NCBI GenBank assembly: GCA_043751595.1
Contig: JAYUZR010000035.1
Span: 2,534-66,533 of the forward strand
Source: Candidatus Berkelbacteria bacterium
GTDB lineage: Bacteria; Patescibacteriota; UBA1384; CAILIB01
Direction of reading: 5' to 3'
DNA: 64,000 bases
Of this stretch, positions 8,030-17,414 are shown one piece after another (positions within the stretch are counted from its first letter, which is position 1; every line of letters starts with the position of its first letter). The translations under genes and the position numbers were made by a program. A model generated the notes under the pieces. The model had not been told where the DNA came from, did no database searches, and saw only the letters and a list, made by a program, of their open reading frames with translations.

Positions 8030-8786
8030 GCTACCCCCCCTTACTATTGTCCACCTCTACCCGGAGCTTATGAACACCTATGGGGACACTGGGAATATTG
8101 CCGCGCTCGAACGGTACGCCAAGCTAGCAGGTAGCGACGTAACGGTTATCGGGTATGCACCTGGTGATGCTGTCCCGAGCTCTGGGGATATCTACTTCTT
8201 TGGTGGTGGGCAAGATGCTGCACAGGGCGTGGTAGGCTCAGACCTTGAGCGCTTACAACCGGTAGTTGATCGCATTCGAGAGAAGCAAATCCCCCTACTA
8301 GCCATCTGCGGAGGCTACCAGCTGCTTGGATCTGCCTACCTCCCATTTGATGCCGATCCGATTAAAGGCCTTTCCCTGTTCCCGGTAACTACTCGTGCGT
8401 CAAACGATAGGATGATCGGAAACTGCATTCTTACCGCTAATCCGGCCCTAGCATTAGAAGATCCATCGACCATCGTTGGCTTCGAGAACCACAGCGGAAA
8501 GACCGAGTACATCGACCATCGTATAAATCCATTAGGCACCGTGGTGGTGGGTAGCGGCAATAACGGTGCGGACAAGACCGAGGGGTGTGTAGTAGACAAC
8601 GCCATTGGCTGCTACTTACATGGGCCCCTCCTCCCTAAAAACCCCCATATTACAAAATGGCTCCTTGGGCACTGGCTTAGGCAGGCAGGAGAAGATGCTA
8701 CATTGTTAAATACCGTAAACAATAGTATTGCCCTAGAGGCCCACCGCTACATTGTAGAGCGGTATGCTCCAACGCTTGCGGCTTGA
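8022..8786 (+). CDS. gatD: Lipid II isoglutamine synthase glutaminase subunit GatD (CobB/CobQ-like GATase)
   Basis: LYPELMNTYGDTGN, ICGGYQLLG, TIVGFENHSGKT, GNNGADKTEG and YLHGPLLPKN align with S. aureus GatD as recalled. Confidence 0.8.
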   Translation: MHKLPPLTIVHLYPELMNTYGDTGNIAALERYAKLAGSDVTVIGYAPGDAVPSSGDIYFFGGGQDAAQGVVGSDLERLQPVVDRIREKQIPLLAICGGYQLLGSAYLPFDADPIKGLSLFPVTTRASNDRMIGNCILTANPALALEDPSTIVGFENHSGKTEYIDHRINPLGTVVVGSGNNGADKTEGCVVDNAIGCYLHGPLLPKNPHITKWLLGHWLRQAGEDATLLNTVNNSIALEAHRYIVERYAPTLAA

Positions 8787-9262
8787 TCGGCAAGCATATA
8801 ACCTCCCCTAGGCTGTTCACTAAGAAGCATTACCGCCTCGTCGATAAATTGGCCGAGGCCCTGACCTTGCTCTCTAACCATTACCGCCGGCGATAGGACG
8901 TTACTTTCGTGTAGTGCCTCCACTGCCGCGCCCGAAGCAAAGAGAGCAATCCCCGCCTGATGAAAGGACCAGATTAGACTACGTGCTCTTGCGCTTTGTT
9001 TAATAGCATCAACTCCCATTTTCCCATCTGGGACAACGAGTGCATCGAAATCGGTAACGGTGATGGAATCGATCGGTAGATCGATAAGGACATCTCTCCC
9101 CCTGGCTGCGCCATCGGTAGTTTCAACCGTTAAGTACTGATGAGGACTGGTTGTATATGTCATGGCGCCTTCGCATTCAAATTGAGTACTAAGTGACTCA
9201 AGCTCAGGCTGGTTAGTGCCATCAGCCACTAAAATGAGCAGTTTCTTTCCGAGTAGTTTCAT
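8747..9262 (-). CDS. DJ-1/PfpI family protein (class I GATase-like fold, Cys-to-Ser at the nucleophile elbow)
   Basis: LLILVADGTNQPE...DFDALVVPDG...IALFASGAAVEAL fits the DJ-1/PfpI pattern but has Ser where the catalytic Cys normally sits. Start taken at MKLLGKK. Confidence 0.45.
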   Translation of the reverse strand: MKLLGKKLLILVADGTNQPELESLSTQFECEGAMTYTTSPHQYLTVETTDGAARGRDVLIDLPIDSITVTDFDALVVPDGKMGVDAIKQSARARSLIWSFHQAGIALFASGAAVEALHESNVLSPAVMVREQGQGLGQFIDEAVMLLSEQPRGGYMLADQAASVGAYRSTM

Positions 9263-9740
9263 TGGGTTCTTTCTTAGTGAGATGATAAACGAATAGCCCG
9301 AGAGTAAGGGTTGAGGTGGTTGCAAAAACAAGGAAGCCAATCCGTGATTGTTGGATATACGCCCCCGCCCCTACCCCCGGGATACAAACCACAACTTTTC
9401 CTAGTACCGCGCCGGGTGTAAGAATCCAGGGATCGCCATTGGGATTGTGATCGCCTTTACTTACGATGGCCTGCGCTGGAAATACTCCGGAGATTGCCGA
9501 TATACGGTGAGTTACTATCTGGCGCTGAGGAGTAGGTGCAATAAAGGTGATAACATCACCCACCTTAAGCTGGCTCTGAATTACTGCTTGCCTTGCTAAA
9601 ACCAGTGAAGTAACGGGACACCTTGGTGCCATACTATTACTAACGAGAGCATACGTTCTGAAGCCAGCCACCCTTAATAAGGTGCCGAGAAAAAGAAACA
9701 CCATAAAGACAGCCCCGACGAAAAGATTGCGGCGAAACAT
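9222..9740 (-). CDS. sipW: SipW-type (S26B, ER/archaeal-type) signal peptidase I
   Basis: N-terminal TM, then the catalytic box LVSNSMAP (compare SGSMEP). Lies directly downstream of a TasA-like gene. Confidence 0.55.
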   Translation of the reverse strand: MFRRNLFVGAVFMVFLFLGTLLRVAGFRTYALVSNSMAPRCPVTSLVLARQAVIQSQLKVGDVITFIAPTPQRQIVTHRISAISGVFPAQAIVSKGDHNPNGDPWILTPGAVLGKVVVCIPGVGAGAYIQQSRIGFLVFATTSTLTLGLFVYHLTKKEPNETTRKETAHFSG

Positions 9741-9745
9741 AGTAG

Positions 9746-10321
9746 CTACGAAGTACTTTGAACTCCGGTAAACAGCAGGCTGTACTGAGCACTCGCCGAT
9801 TGCTGACTATACTGCGGAACGAGACGGGTGCGCATCTTGAAGCGCTGCGCCTTATTAGCTAGTACAACTGGACCCATACTTAGGGGCTGAGTAATAAGAT
9901 CGCTCAGCGTAGAGCGTACCGAGGGGCCCTGTGTTACGCCATCGGAATCGACAGGGATAAACTCTACTTCTACATCGTCCATCAACTCTTGAGAGCTAGC
10001 CCCTGGCGGCGTAACAACCTGGGCCACAAGAGAAAGAGGAACACCATCTGCTCCTACGTTTTTAAGTAGGAAAAAGTGCTCGTCTGTGGCGCCAGGATTA
10101 AGCTGCATAGCAAAACCAGCCCGAGCATCGGCATAGACCGTTGAGCTTCCGTTTTGAGAATTGCTAATCTGGAGATCTGCCGTACCGGTAAGAATGGCGT
10201 TATCGGTGAGGGTGGCAGTATCACTAAAAAGTGCAAAGCTACGATCGCTAAGAATACCAACCCAAATAAGTAGAACGATAGCCACAGCAAGTGGCCGCTG
10301 TATTTTTGACCAAGTGACCAT
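9746..10321 (-). CDS. TasA/camelysin-like (peptidase M73 family) secreted protein with a SipW-cognate signal peptide
   Basis: N-terminus AVAIVLLIWVGILSDRSFALFSDTATLTDNAILTGTADLQIS matches the TasA-family signal region (AAFNDIKSKDATFASGTLDL). Confidence 0.5.
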   Translation of the reverse strand: MVTWSKIQRPLAVAIVLLIWVGILSDRSFALFSDTATLTDNAILTGTADLQISNSQNGSSTVYADARAGFAMQLNPGATDEHFFLLKNVGADGVPLSLVAQVVTPPGASSQELMDDVEVEFIPVDSDGVTQGPSVRSTLSDLITQPLSMGPVVLANKAQRFKMRTRLVPQYSQQSASAQYSLLFTGVQSTS

Positions 10322-10427
10322 AGGTGGGCGTTAGGAATAAATACCGCAGCCCCAATGCCGGCTATTGGCGCTGCAGAGAAACCTTAGCTACCAATCCTGA
10401 CAAACCTATGACAACTTTATGACAGAA

Positions 10428-11396
10428 TCATGTACGGAGAATAAATCCAGTCTGTAAGCCTACTTTTCGAGACTCTTCTTCAAGTTCAACGCTGAGTAAT
10501 GAAATAGGAGTCCCCTCTGGAAGCTGGTCTTGAAGTACTCTTTTCACGCTCCCCGGATATAGTTGAGTAGCATAAAAGTTTAGAAGGATCTTTGGCACCT
10601 TACCCTTAGCGCTGACAGCAACTACTGCACGCAATAATTCACTTAAACCTTGTTCCAGACGCCAGATCTCACCCTTAGTGCCTCGTCCAAATACTGGAGG
10701 ATCGAGCAAAATAATATCGTAGGTAGAGCCGCGACGCTCTTCACGAGCCAAAAACTTCATTGCATCTTCTACAATCCAGCGAACAGGTAGGTCTTTACCG
10801 GATAACTCACTATTGCGACGAGCTGCAGCAATGGCAGGCTTAGAAGCATCCACATGAACAACTTCAGCACCAGCCTGTGCAGCTACAATACTTGCCGCTC
10901 CGGTATACCCAAATAAATTAAGTACACGAGGCTTCTTTACCCCCTGACTAATCAGCGTAGTCAACTCATCACGAAGCCAGCACCAGTTTTCGTATTGCTC
11001 AGGGAAGTAGCCGAGATGCCGAAAAGGAGTAGGGCGTGCATGCACCACCAGCTTTACCTCTGGGTACGAAACATTCCAGCCTTCAAGAAGCGCTTGGTCT
11101 TCTAAGATCCAGGGCTGTTCTTTATCGCCAAGATACCTGGCTTGTGCACCCTGCCACTGCGCCTTGTAAGAATCGGTAATTGGCCAAAGTACGTTAGGAT
11201 CGGGTCTTCGTACTGTTATAGTGCCGACACGCTCAAGACGCTCTCCGTTTCCGGTATCGAGTAATGTATATGAAGGAGAGCCGTGAATAAGTTGTACGTC
11301 GCAGGCGCCTGACATAAGAGGAGTATAATCTAAAAAGAACTGGTGTACCCAAGGTGGATCCCAGAATACGGGCGGACTATACCATCTTCGGGCCAA
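10428..11396 (-). CDS. Class I SAM-dependent methyltransferase (RlmI/YccW-like rRNA m5C MTase family)
   Basis: Motif I LNLFGYTGAASIVAA, then VHVDAS and DPPVFGRG. Confidence 0.55.
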   Translation of the reverse strand: MARRWYSPPVFWDPPWVHQFFLDYTPLMSGACDVQLIHGSPSYTLLDTGNGERLERVGTITVRRPDPNVLWPITDSYKAQWQGAQARYLGDKEQPWILEDQALLEGWNVSYPEVKLVVHARPTPFRHLGYFPEQYENWCWLRDELTTLISQGVKKPRVLNLFGYTGAASIVAAQAGAEVVHVDASKPAIAAARRNSELSGKDLPVRWIVEDAMKFLAREERRGSTYDIILLDPPVFGRGTKGEIWRLEQGLSELLRAVVAVSAKGKVPKILLNFYATQLYPGSVKRVLQDQLPEGTPISLLSVELEEESRKVGLQTGFILRT

Positions 11397-11488
11397 ACAG
11401 GCTATGCAACTAATTAACAGCTTTGAATAGTGCGCTATCTGAGATTTCCGCTAAACTAAGCGAACCTACCAAGTAAATAACTCTGAGT

Positions 11489-12568
11489 ATGCGTACGATT
11501 GGCGTTCTCAATAGTGGTGGCGATGCCGCCGGACTCAATACGGTAATTGCTGCTCTCGTAACCACTGGTGCGCCACTTGGGTATCGCTTCCTCGGATTCG
11601 AAAAGGGCTGGGAGGGCATTCTTGATCCCGTCATGTATCAAGAACTCACTCCTCAAAGCGTAAAAAGAATTGCTCACCTAGGTGGCACCATCCTTCGTAC
11701 TGCTAATAAGGGTCGTTTTGCTGGTAAATCTGGTGGACCAAACCAGGTTAACAGCATCCCTGAAGAAATCCTCGATATGGCCGTCCGCAATCTTAAGGCA
11801 CTCGATGTCGAAGGCCTCATTGTTATCGGTGGCGATGGCACCTTAAGTGCTGCTATGCAGCTTTCAGAGCATGGCGTTCGTATTATCGGTGTTCCAAAAA
11901 CTATCGATAACGATCTCCCTTCCACCGATCAAACCTTTGGCTTTAGCACTGCTGTACAGGTTGCTGTAGATGCCATCGATCGCCTACACACCACAGCCGA
12001 AAGCCACGAGCGTGTCATTTTTGTAGAATGCATGGGTCGCTTTGCTGGCTGGATTGCACTCTACGCAGCCCTGGCTGGTGGGGCTGATTGCGTCATTGTT
12101 CCGGAAGTCTCTTGTAGTAGCGAAGAAATCCTAACGTTCCTGCGTAAGCGCCGAAATGAAGGATACCATCATAGTATCGTAGTCGTTGCCGAAGGCGTTG
12201 CCCTAGAAGACGGCGAACACGTTGGCCGCGATACAGGCACTCCAGAACTTACCCTCGGTGGTATTTCTGAGCAAATAATGCAAACCATAAATAAAATGGC
12301 TCCTGGAGAGTTTGAGATGCGCAATACCGTGCTTGGCCACACCCAGCGCGGAGGCACCCCCAACGCAGAAGACCGTATTCTTGCCAAAAAGTATGCCGTT
12401 GCCGCTATGCATGCGTATCACAACGGAGAAAGCGGCCAGATGGTTGCGCTTCGCGGAAAAGATATTATTCTGCAGCCCATTTCCGATGCTGGCGGGCCTC
12501 TCCGCGGGGTTACCCCAGATTGCATCGAATACCAAACTGCACGGGCACTCGGCATTGTTATTAGGTAG
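11489..12568 (+). CDS. pfkA: 6-phosphofructokinase
   Basis: Motifs GVLNSGGDAAGLN, GGDGTLSAA, PKTIDNDL, MGRFAGW and GHTQRGGTPN. Confidence 0.85.
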   Translation: MRTIGVLNSGGDAAGLNTVIAALVTTGAPLGYRFLGFEKGWEGILDPVMYQELTPQSVKRIAHLGGTILRTANKGRFAGKSGGPNQVNSIPEEILDMAVRNLKALDVEGLIVIGGDGTLSAAMQLSEHGVRIIGVPKTIDNDLPSTDQTFGFSTAVQVAVDAIDRLHTTAESHERVIFVECMGRFAGWIALYAALAGGADCVIVPEVSCSSEEILTFLRKRRNEGYHHSIVVVAEGVALEDGEHVGRDTGTPELTLGGISEQIMQTINKMAPGEFEMRNTVLGHTQRGGTPNAEDRILAKKYAVAAMHAYHNGESGQMVALRGKDIILQPISDAGGPLRGVTPDCIEYQTARALGIVIR

Positions 12569-12575
12569 TAGTCAC

Positions 12576-12607
12576 CAAAAAAAAGACCACCCGAGGGTGG
12601 TCCTTTT
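12576..12607. terminator. Rho-independent terminator between convergent pfkA and the SPFH gene
   Basis: An A-run, the hairpin GACCACCC-gag-GGGTGGTC, then a T-run. Confidence 0.6.
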
Positions 12608-12619
12608 CGTTTACCAAGC

Positions 12620-13411
12620 TTAGTTTGAAGTAGGAATACCAAATACTGTCTGAGCTCCCATATACTGAGGAAGCTTACCATCCCATTTCTCAATTGCCTT
12701 TAGCTGTGCCTCCACCTTACGAAGCTCAATTAGCTCTGGGGAAACATTTTCACGTTGAATCCTTAGACCTTCGGCTTCTGCACGAGCCTTGGTAAGCGCC
12801 TGCTCGGACTCAATCTTTACCTTAGTTAATTCTTGCTCTGCACGAAGTGCTTCTTGCTGAACCACCTGCTTGGACTCAATTGCCTTGTTAAACTCGGCTG
12901 AAAAGCGGAAATCGACCAATGATAGATCATCCACCTCGATACCGAATGTCTTTAATCGATCCTGTAAGCGGCCCTGGGCCAACTGCTTAACTTCGGCCCG
13001 CTTAGTGATTAAATCTTGCGCATTAAACTGAGCGGTAGTTGATTTAAAAGATTCTTGAATCGCTTGATCAATTACTCGATCTTTATAGTCTCGGCCAACG
13101 GTCTGATAAATCTCGGAGATTCTTCCCCGTTCCAGACGATAATTTACTGCAAGGGTAGCGTTCACCTCTTGTAAATCGCTACTAGCAGCACCAGCAACAA
13201 CCTGATCCTTTTGAATCCGTGTATCAAAAATAACTACCGACTGAAAAGGCTTAGGGAAAATAATCGCCAACCCGGGCTGCAGCTCCCTGCCAGTTACGCG
13301 GCCAAACTGAGTAACTACTCCAATTTTTCCAGCGTCGATACTAACAAAGCCGGTTAAGAGCCAAAGAATAGCAGCTACCGGAAGGCCTATGGCGAGAATA
13401 CGTTTATCCAT
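12620..13411 (-). CDS. SPFH/band-7 (prohibitin/HflC-like) membrane protein
   Basis: N-terminal TM, then the SPFH core (GKIGVVTQFGRV...DTRIQ...) and a C-terminal coiled coil. Confidence 0.65.
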   Translation of the reverse strand: MDKRILAIGLPVAAILWLLTGFVSIDAGKIGVVTQFGRVTGRELQPGLAIIFPKPFQSVVIFDTRIQKDQVVAGAASSDLQEVNATLAVNYRLERGRISEIYQTVGRDYKDRVIDQAIQESFKSTTAQFNAQDLITKRAEVKQLAQGRLQDRLKTFGIEVDDLSLVDFRFSAEFNKAIESKQVVQQEALRAEQELTKVKIESEQALTKARAEAEGLRIQRENVSPELIELRKVEAQLKAIEKWDGKLPQYMGAQTVFGIPTSN

Positions 13412-13479
13412 AACCAAGTATTACGAATGAAAGCATGAAGATAGTACCAGATTTTCCATGATGTATAAGGTCGATGTTG

Positions 13480-14097
13480 CTAGAACGAAAGCCGAGCAAC
13501 TTCTTTAGAACTACTCAGATCCTTACTTTTCGACTTATACAAAACCAATTCATCTACAACAATCTCTCCAAAAACCTTTTTGCCATAGGAATTAAGATAG
13601 GTCAGCACCTCGGGCTTTGGCATCTCAGAATATCGCCCCAGAGTTGCCCAGGCCATATGACCACGGTATCCGTTCGGCGGACTACCGAGGTTTGTTGCCC
13701 CAAAAAGTGCCTGACGTAGGGTAAAAAGTGAATCGTTATCTGGAAAGGCACATACGGCAAAAGCAGTATTCATCGCCGTTAACCCGTGCAAAGTAAATGA
13801 AAGCTCTTTACCCGCCATCACTTCCTTGACGGTTTGCATGATCAGCTCCGGTTTATAGGTTACTGAGCAGTGAAAAACTGTAAGGTGCAAAAGATCGACA
13901 GGATTTAAGAGGAGGCTAGGGTCTATTTTCCTTAAGTCATCAAGAATAGGTTGCAGCTGCGCAACGATCTCGGCCGGGAGAAGTGCAACCAAGGTAAGAT
14001 GGGCCGGAGCCTCTACAGAGCTCAGTAGTTCACAGCTTGTGGGCGTCACCGCAGCAGAAAGCCTTGCAATTTCTTCAGTTAGTTCAGTGGTAGTCAT
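13480..14097 (-). CDS. 2H phosphoesterase superfamily protein (LigT-like)
   Basis: Two H-x-T-x motifs (PAHLTLVAL and LLHLTVFH) with the spacing expected for the 2H fold. Confidence 0.4.
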   Translation of the reverse strand: MTTTELTEEIARLSAAVTPTSCELLSSVEAPAHLTLVALLPAEIVAQLQPILDDLRKIDPSLLLNPVDLLHLTVFHCSVTYKPELIMQTVKEVMAGKELSFTLHGLTAMNTAFAVCAFPDNDSLFTLRQALFGATNLGSPPNGYRGHMAWATLGRYSEMPKPEVLTYLNSYGKKVFGEIVVDELVLYKSKSKDLSSSKEVARLSF

Positions 14098-14164
14098 AGC
14101 CGCAGCATATCAGATACTTTCATGTTGCTCGATTCCATCTACCAAGAAATGCTGCAGACATTCC

Positions 14165-14824
14165 TTACCGCCAAATAGGTGTCATGCAAGAGCCGATAGT
14201 ATTTGTTGCTGATCCAGCAGCTGGAAGTGTAACCGATGAATCCACCGAACCCCCAACTTTGGGTCCAGAAGCTGAGGTGCCATTTACCACCCAAGTAAAA
14301 GCATCACTATTTCCAGCCTCAGGAATAAGTGTTGCCGCAAAAGTATACAAACCTGAACCAGAAAGTCCGTAATATGAGTTACCGCCAGCATCAACAAGTG
14401 AGCTAGTCGTACAATCCACTGCATAATAGTAGACCGTGGAACCTAAGGCAGTACCTGCATACTTGGAAGCAGGACGATCTATGCCATAGTTTGCTAGAAA
14501 AAACTTAGTGAGGGGATCGCCAGGACCACCATAAGGTGGTTGGGAAGTTATTCTGAAAGCGTACGTACCCGTTATTCCAATCAAGACGGCGGTTGCGTCA
14601 GCAAAGTCAGGCGAGGGCACAAATCCATCGTGGTCAATTTTAAACTGCTCAATATTCTTCCCCGATTGGGAGACTAGTAATCGTATTTGGGCATTTTTTG
14701 CTCGATTCTTTAACCCCCACAGTTGAGCAGTAACCAATGTTGCAAGCAAACCAACAATAGCAATCACTACAAGTAGCTCGATAAGGGTAAAAGCTCTTCG
14801 GCGAAGGAGTGTACGAAAAATCAT
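14165..14824 (-). CDS. Type IV pilin or pseudopilin (prepilin-type N-terminal methylation domain)
   Basis: Leader MIFRTLLRRRA, then FTLIELLVVIAIVGLLATLV with Glu at +5. Ala rather than Gly at -1. Confidence 0.6.
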   Translation of the reverse strand: MIFRTLLRRRAFTLIELLVVIAIVGLLATLVTAQLWGLKNRAKNAQIRLLVSQSGKNIEQFKIDHDGFVPSPDFADATAVLIGITGTYAFRITSQPPYGGPGDPLTKFFLANYGIDRPASKYAGTALGSTVYYYAVDCTTSSLVDAGGNSYYGLSGSGLYTFAATLIPEAGNSDAFTWVVNGTSASGPKVGGSVDSSVTLPAAGSATNTIGSCMTPIWR

Positions 14825-14902
14825 TTTCTGTGTTCCAAGTATAGCTTAGCATGAGGCTACTAAGTAGTTCTTTCCTCAAAGCAGCGCTATACTTGTTTAC
14901 AC

Positions 14903-15539
14903 ATGTCATCAAGCGTTCATCATCCCCTGCAATATAAGAAACCCTGGCGAGAGTCCTCAGTCTATCTCTCTTTTGTCTCTGTACTACTAGCCGCTGCAGC
15001 CAACGGTGCAGGGAGCGTATTTATTGGGAAAGTCTTCCCAGATAGGCCGCACCTTCCCGATCTTGCCTTCAAGTATCTCCCTTATATTCCACAGGTCCAA
15101 AACCTCACTGACTACGCCAATTTTGGTAGTGGGCTCGTAGTTTTTATCTATCTCTTTTTTTCAACAAGATGCTGCCTGCCGCATGACGCGAGGGTTCTAC
15201 ATCCTCGCCTACGCTTATGCACTTCGGGCAATCCTCATTATCTTAACCCCCTTCGGCAGTTCACTCGACGACCCTACAAAGCAGTACGGCGCCACCAATA
15301 TCCAGCAAAATGGCTCCTTCCCTTCTGGCCATACCATCATGGTAGTAGTTGCTTTTATCTTGCTCGATAAGCGCGATAACCTTTGGGTCCGAGCGCTACT
15401 TGGATTATCAGTAATCGTAGAAGTAGTTTGCCTCCTTATTTCACACGGGCACTATTCTCTCGATATCGCGGGTTCGTTTATGGCCGCCTATATTGCGTGC
15501 TATGAGGTTGATCGGTTGATGAAGAAAAGGGCTCGGTAG
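14903..15539 (+). pseudogene. PAP2-family phosphatase interrupted by a 1-nt frameshift in a T7 homopolymer (15155..15161)
   Basis: Motif 1 KVFPDRP lies in frame A (14903..). Motifs PSGHT and SHGHYSLDIAG lie in frame B (15183..15539). Removing one T from the T7 run gives a continuous ...VVFIYLFFQQDAACRMTRGFYIL... reading frame. Confidence 0.55.
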
Positions 15540-15550
15540 GGCTTTTTGAC

Positions 15551-16348
15551 ATGTCCAATTGCGCGTACGCTGAGGATGTGCGCACCTCACTTAGTCCGAA
15601 AACCATGATCATTCCCCTACTCAGCCTCATTATTCTTTTTCTGATTGGCTACGGGATTCGAGTAGGCATTCTTTACCGAAATACCGGCACACTTACTACT
15701 ACCAGTGAGACTTTTCCACGGGATTACTATGTTGGGGATAAAACCAAACCACCCCTCACCTATCTCGCCCTGGGAGATAGTACCGTACAGGGCGTAGGTG
15801 CCTCATCACCCGAAAAAACACTCGTTGGCCAGATTGCCCAACGGCTATCAGAGAAAGGGAAGTACGTACATGTTATTAATGCAGGCATTACTGGGGCCCG
15901 TATGCACGATGTAAAAATAAACCAATTACAGGCCTTAGTAGATAATAAGCCTGATGTAATCAGCTTGGTTGCCGGCGCAAACGATGCCATCCACCATACA
16001 CCAGAAGCAGATTTTTCTACCTCTCTCACCAAGGTGATGGATAGCCTAATCGCTAGTTCGGCCGCAAGAATTATCATCGCCACCTCTCCAGATGTAGGAC
16101 TGATGCCTGCCCTACCTCACTTTTACGCACAGGGCGCTAAGCGCTATGCCGAGAAGCAGAACATGGTCCTTGCCCTAAAAATTACAGATTCCAGAATAGC
16201 TATTGCCGACCTTTTTACTGAAGGTAAATTGGACCCGAAAGCTGACGCCTCGCTATACGCAAGTGATCAGTTCCATCCTTCTGATAAGGGATATGCAGTG
16301 TGGGGGAAACTTCTAGCAAAAGCTAGCGAGCAAAAGGCTCAGCACTAA
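15551..16348 (+). CDS. SGNH/GDSL hydrolase family protein
   Basis: N-terminal TM. Block I LALGDSTVQG, GANDA, and the block V motif DQFHPSDKG. Confidence 0.65.
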   Translation: MSNCAYAEDVRTSLSPKTMIIPLLSLIILFLIGYGIRVGILYRNTGTLTTTSETFPRDYYVGDKTKPPLTYLALGDSTVQGVGASSPEKTLVGQIAQRLSEKGKYVHVINAGITGARMHDVKINQLQALVDNKPDVISLVAGANDAIHHTPEADFSTSLTKVMDSLIASSAARIIIATSPDVGLMPALPHFYAQGAKRYAEKQNMVLALKITDSRIAIADLFTEGKLDPKADASLYASDQFHPSDKGYAVWGKLLAKASEQKAQH

Positions 16349-16547
16349 CCATAAATCTCAAGCCAACCTACTCCCATACCCACTCCGCACTATCCCAACT
16401 TGAAGTAGATACCTCAACACAATTGCCATCAGCCTTACTGGCCGCCCTCTTGAAAGATTCTACCCATCCCTTTCGAGCAGATGACCTTGAGATACAAGGC
16501 TCTTCCAAGTTAATACTAGTAATAATTGGGATTTTCATAAGTTGTAA

Positions 16548-16814
16548 TTACTTATACACACCCTGCCGGTGGCCAACATCGAGAACTTCTACCACAAGTT
16601 GTTTCTGCACTATCTGATAAATAATTCTATACGGCCAAACCCGCAGTGAATACTTTCCCTCAAGCTCGCCCTTAAGTGCTTTACCCGCGTAGGGGGAGTG
16701 GGCCAGCGATGCTAGTGCCTCCAAAACTCGAGCACGGTAGTTTAGTGGAATCTTGGCAAGCTCCTTGGCGGCAGTGCGGGATACTATAACTGAGAAATCA
16801 GACCCCAAAGCCAT
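16548..16814 (-). CDS. Type II toxin, RelE/ParE family
   Basis: Small basic protein ending ...YSLRVWPYRIIYQIVQKQLVVEVLDVGHRQ. Overlaps the upstream antitoxin gene by 17 nt. Confidence 0.55.
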   Translation of the reverse strand: MALGSDFSVIVSRTAAKELAKIPLNYRARVLEALASLAHSPYAGKALKGELEGKYSLRVWPYRIIYQIVQKQLVVEVLDVGHRQGVYK

Positions 16815-17076
16815 TGGAAACAAACTGATCAAGCGAGATGGTATCTCCGTTTGCAATATCCTTTTCCGCAGCCCGTATTCTTTTCATCGCGTGAGCATCA
16901 CTCAAAATCTCCATCGTCTCCTGTAGAGATTCAAGTTCTTCAGCATTAATAAGCACCGCCTTCGGCTTTCCGTTAACCGTTAAAGTGTAGCGCGCACCAG
17001 TTTTTTCGACACTTTCAATTACCTCAGCAAACTTTTGCCGAGCCTCAGTGGTAGAAATAGTAGTTCGCACATCCAT
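16798..17076 (-). CDS. Type II antitoxin, Phd/YefM family
   Basis: N-terminus MDVRTTISTTEARQKFAEVIESV..YTLTVNGKPKAVLI fits the YefM fold. Confidence 0.55.
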   Translation of the reverse strand: MDVRTTISTTEARQKFAEVIESVEKTGARYTLTVNGKPKAVLINAEELESLQETMEILSDAHAMKRIRAAEKDIANGDTISLDQFVSNGFGV

Positions 17077-17095
17077 GCCAAGAACTTACACTATG

Positions 17096-17109
17096 TACAT
17101 AATTATGTA
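17096..17109. promoter_or_regulatory. Perfect 14-bp palindrome TACATAATTATGTA between two divergent TA operons (candidate shared operator)
   Basis: Read directly from the sequence. It sits in an 86-bp AT-rich divergent intergenic region. Confidence 0.35.
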
Positions 17110-17128
17110 AATAAAAACATCCTAGTTA

Positions 17129-17156
17129 TTTACAAAAAAGGGAATATGTATATAAT
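17129..17156 (+). promoter_or_regulatory. Sigma70-like promoter (TTTACA, 16 nt, TATAAT) only 6 nt upstream of the antitoxin ATG, so the mRNA is probably leaderless
   Basis: -35 at 17129..17134 and -10 at 17151..17156. The ATG is at 17163 with no SD sequence. Confidence 0.35.
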
Positions 17157-17162
17157 GCATAC

Positions 17163-17414
17163 ATGCATTCACTCCAATACACAATACGAAATATTCCCCC
17201 TGCCGTAGATCAGGTTATTCGCAAGCGCGCCAAGCAAACAGGAGCCTCATTTAACCAAACCGTTGTCGATCTTCTTACCCTCCAAGCTTTGGGTACTACT
17301 ACACCAAAAACGGAGGAGTCTTTTGATTGGCTCTTCGATCAAGCCAAATCAGACCCTGGATTTGATCAAGCCATCTTAGAGCTATCTCAAGTAGATAAAG
17401 ACCTGTGGAACTAG
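17163..17414 (+). CDS. Type II antitoxin (VapB-like) partnered with a PIN-domain toxin
   Basis: Small acidic protein. Its stop overlaps the start of the downstream PIN gene. Confidence 0.45.
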   Translation: MHSLQYTIRNIPPAVDQVIRKRAKQTGASFNQTVVDLLTLQALGTTTPKTEESFDWLFDQAKSDPGFDQAILELSQVDKDLWN

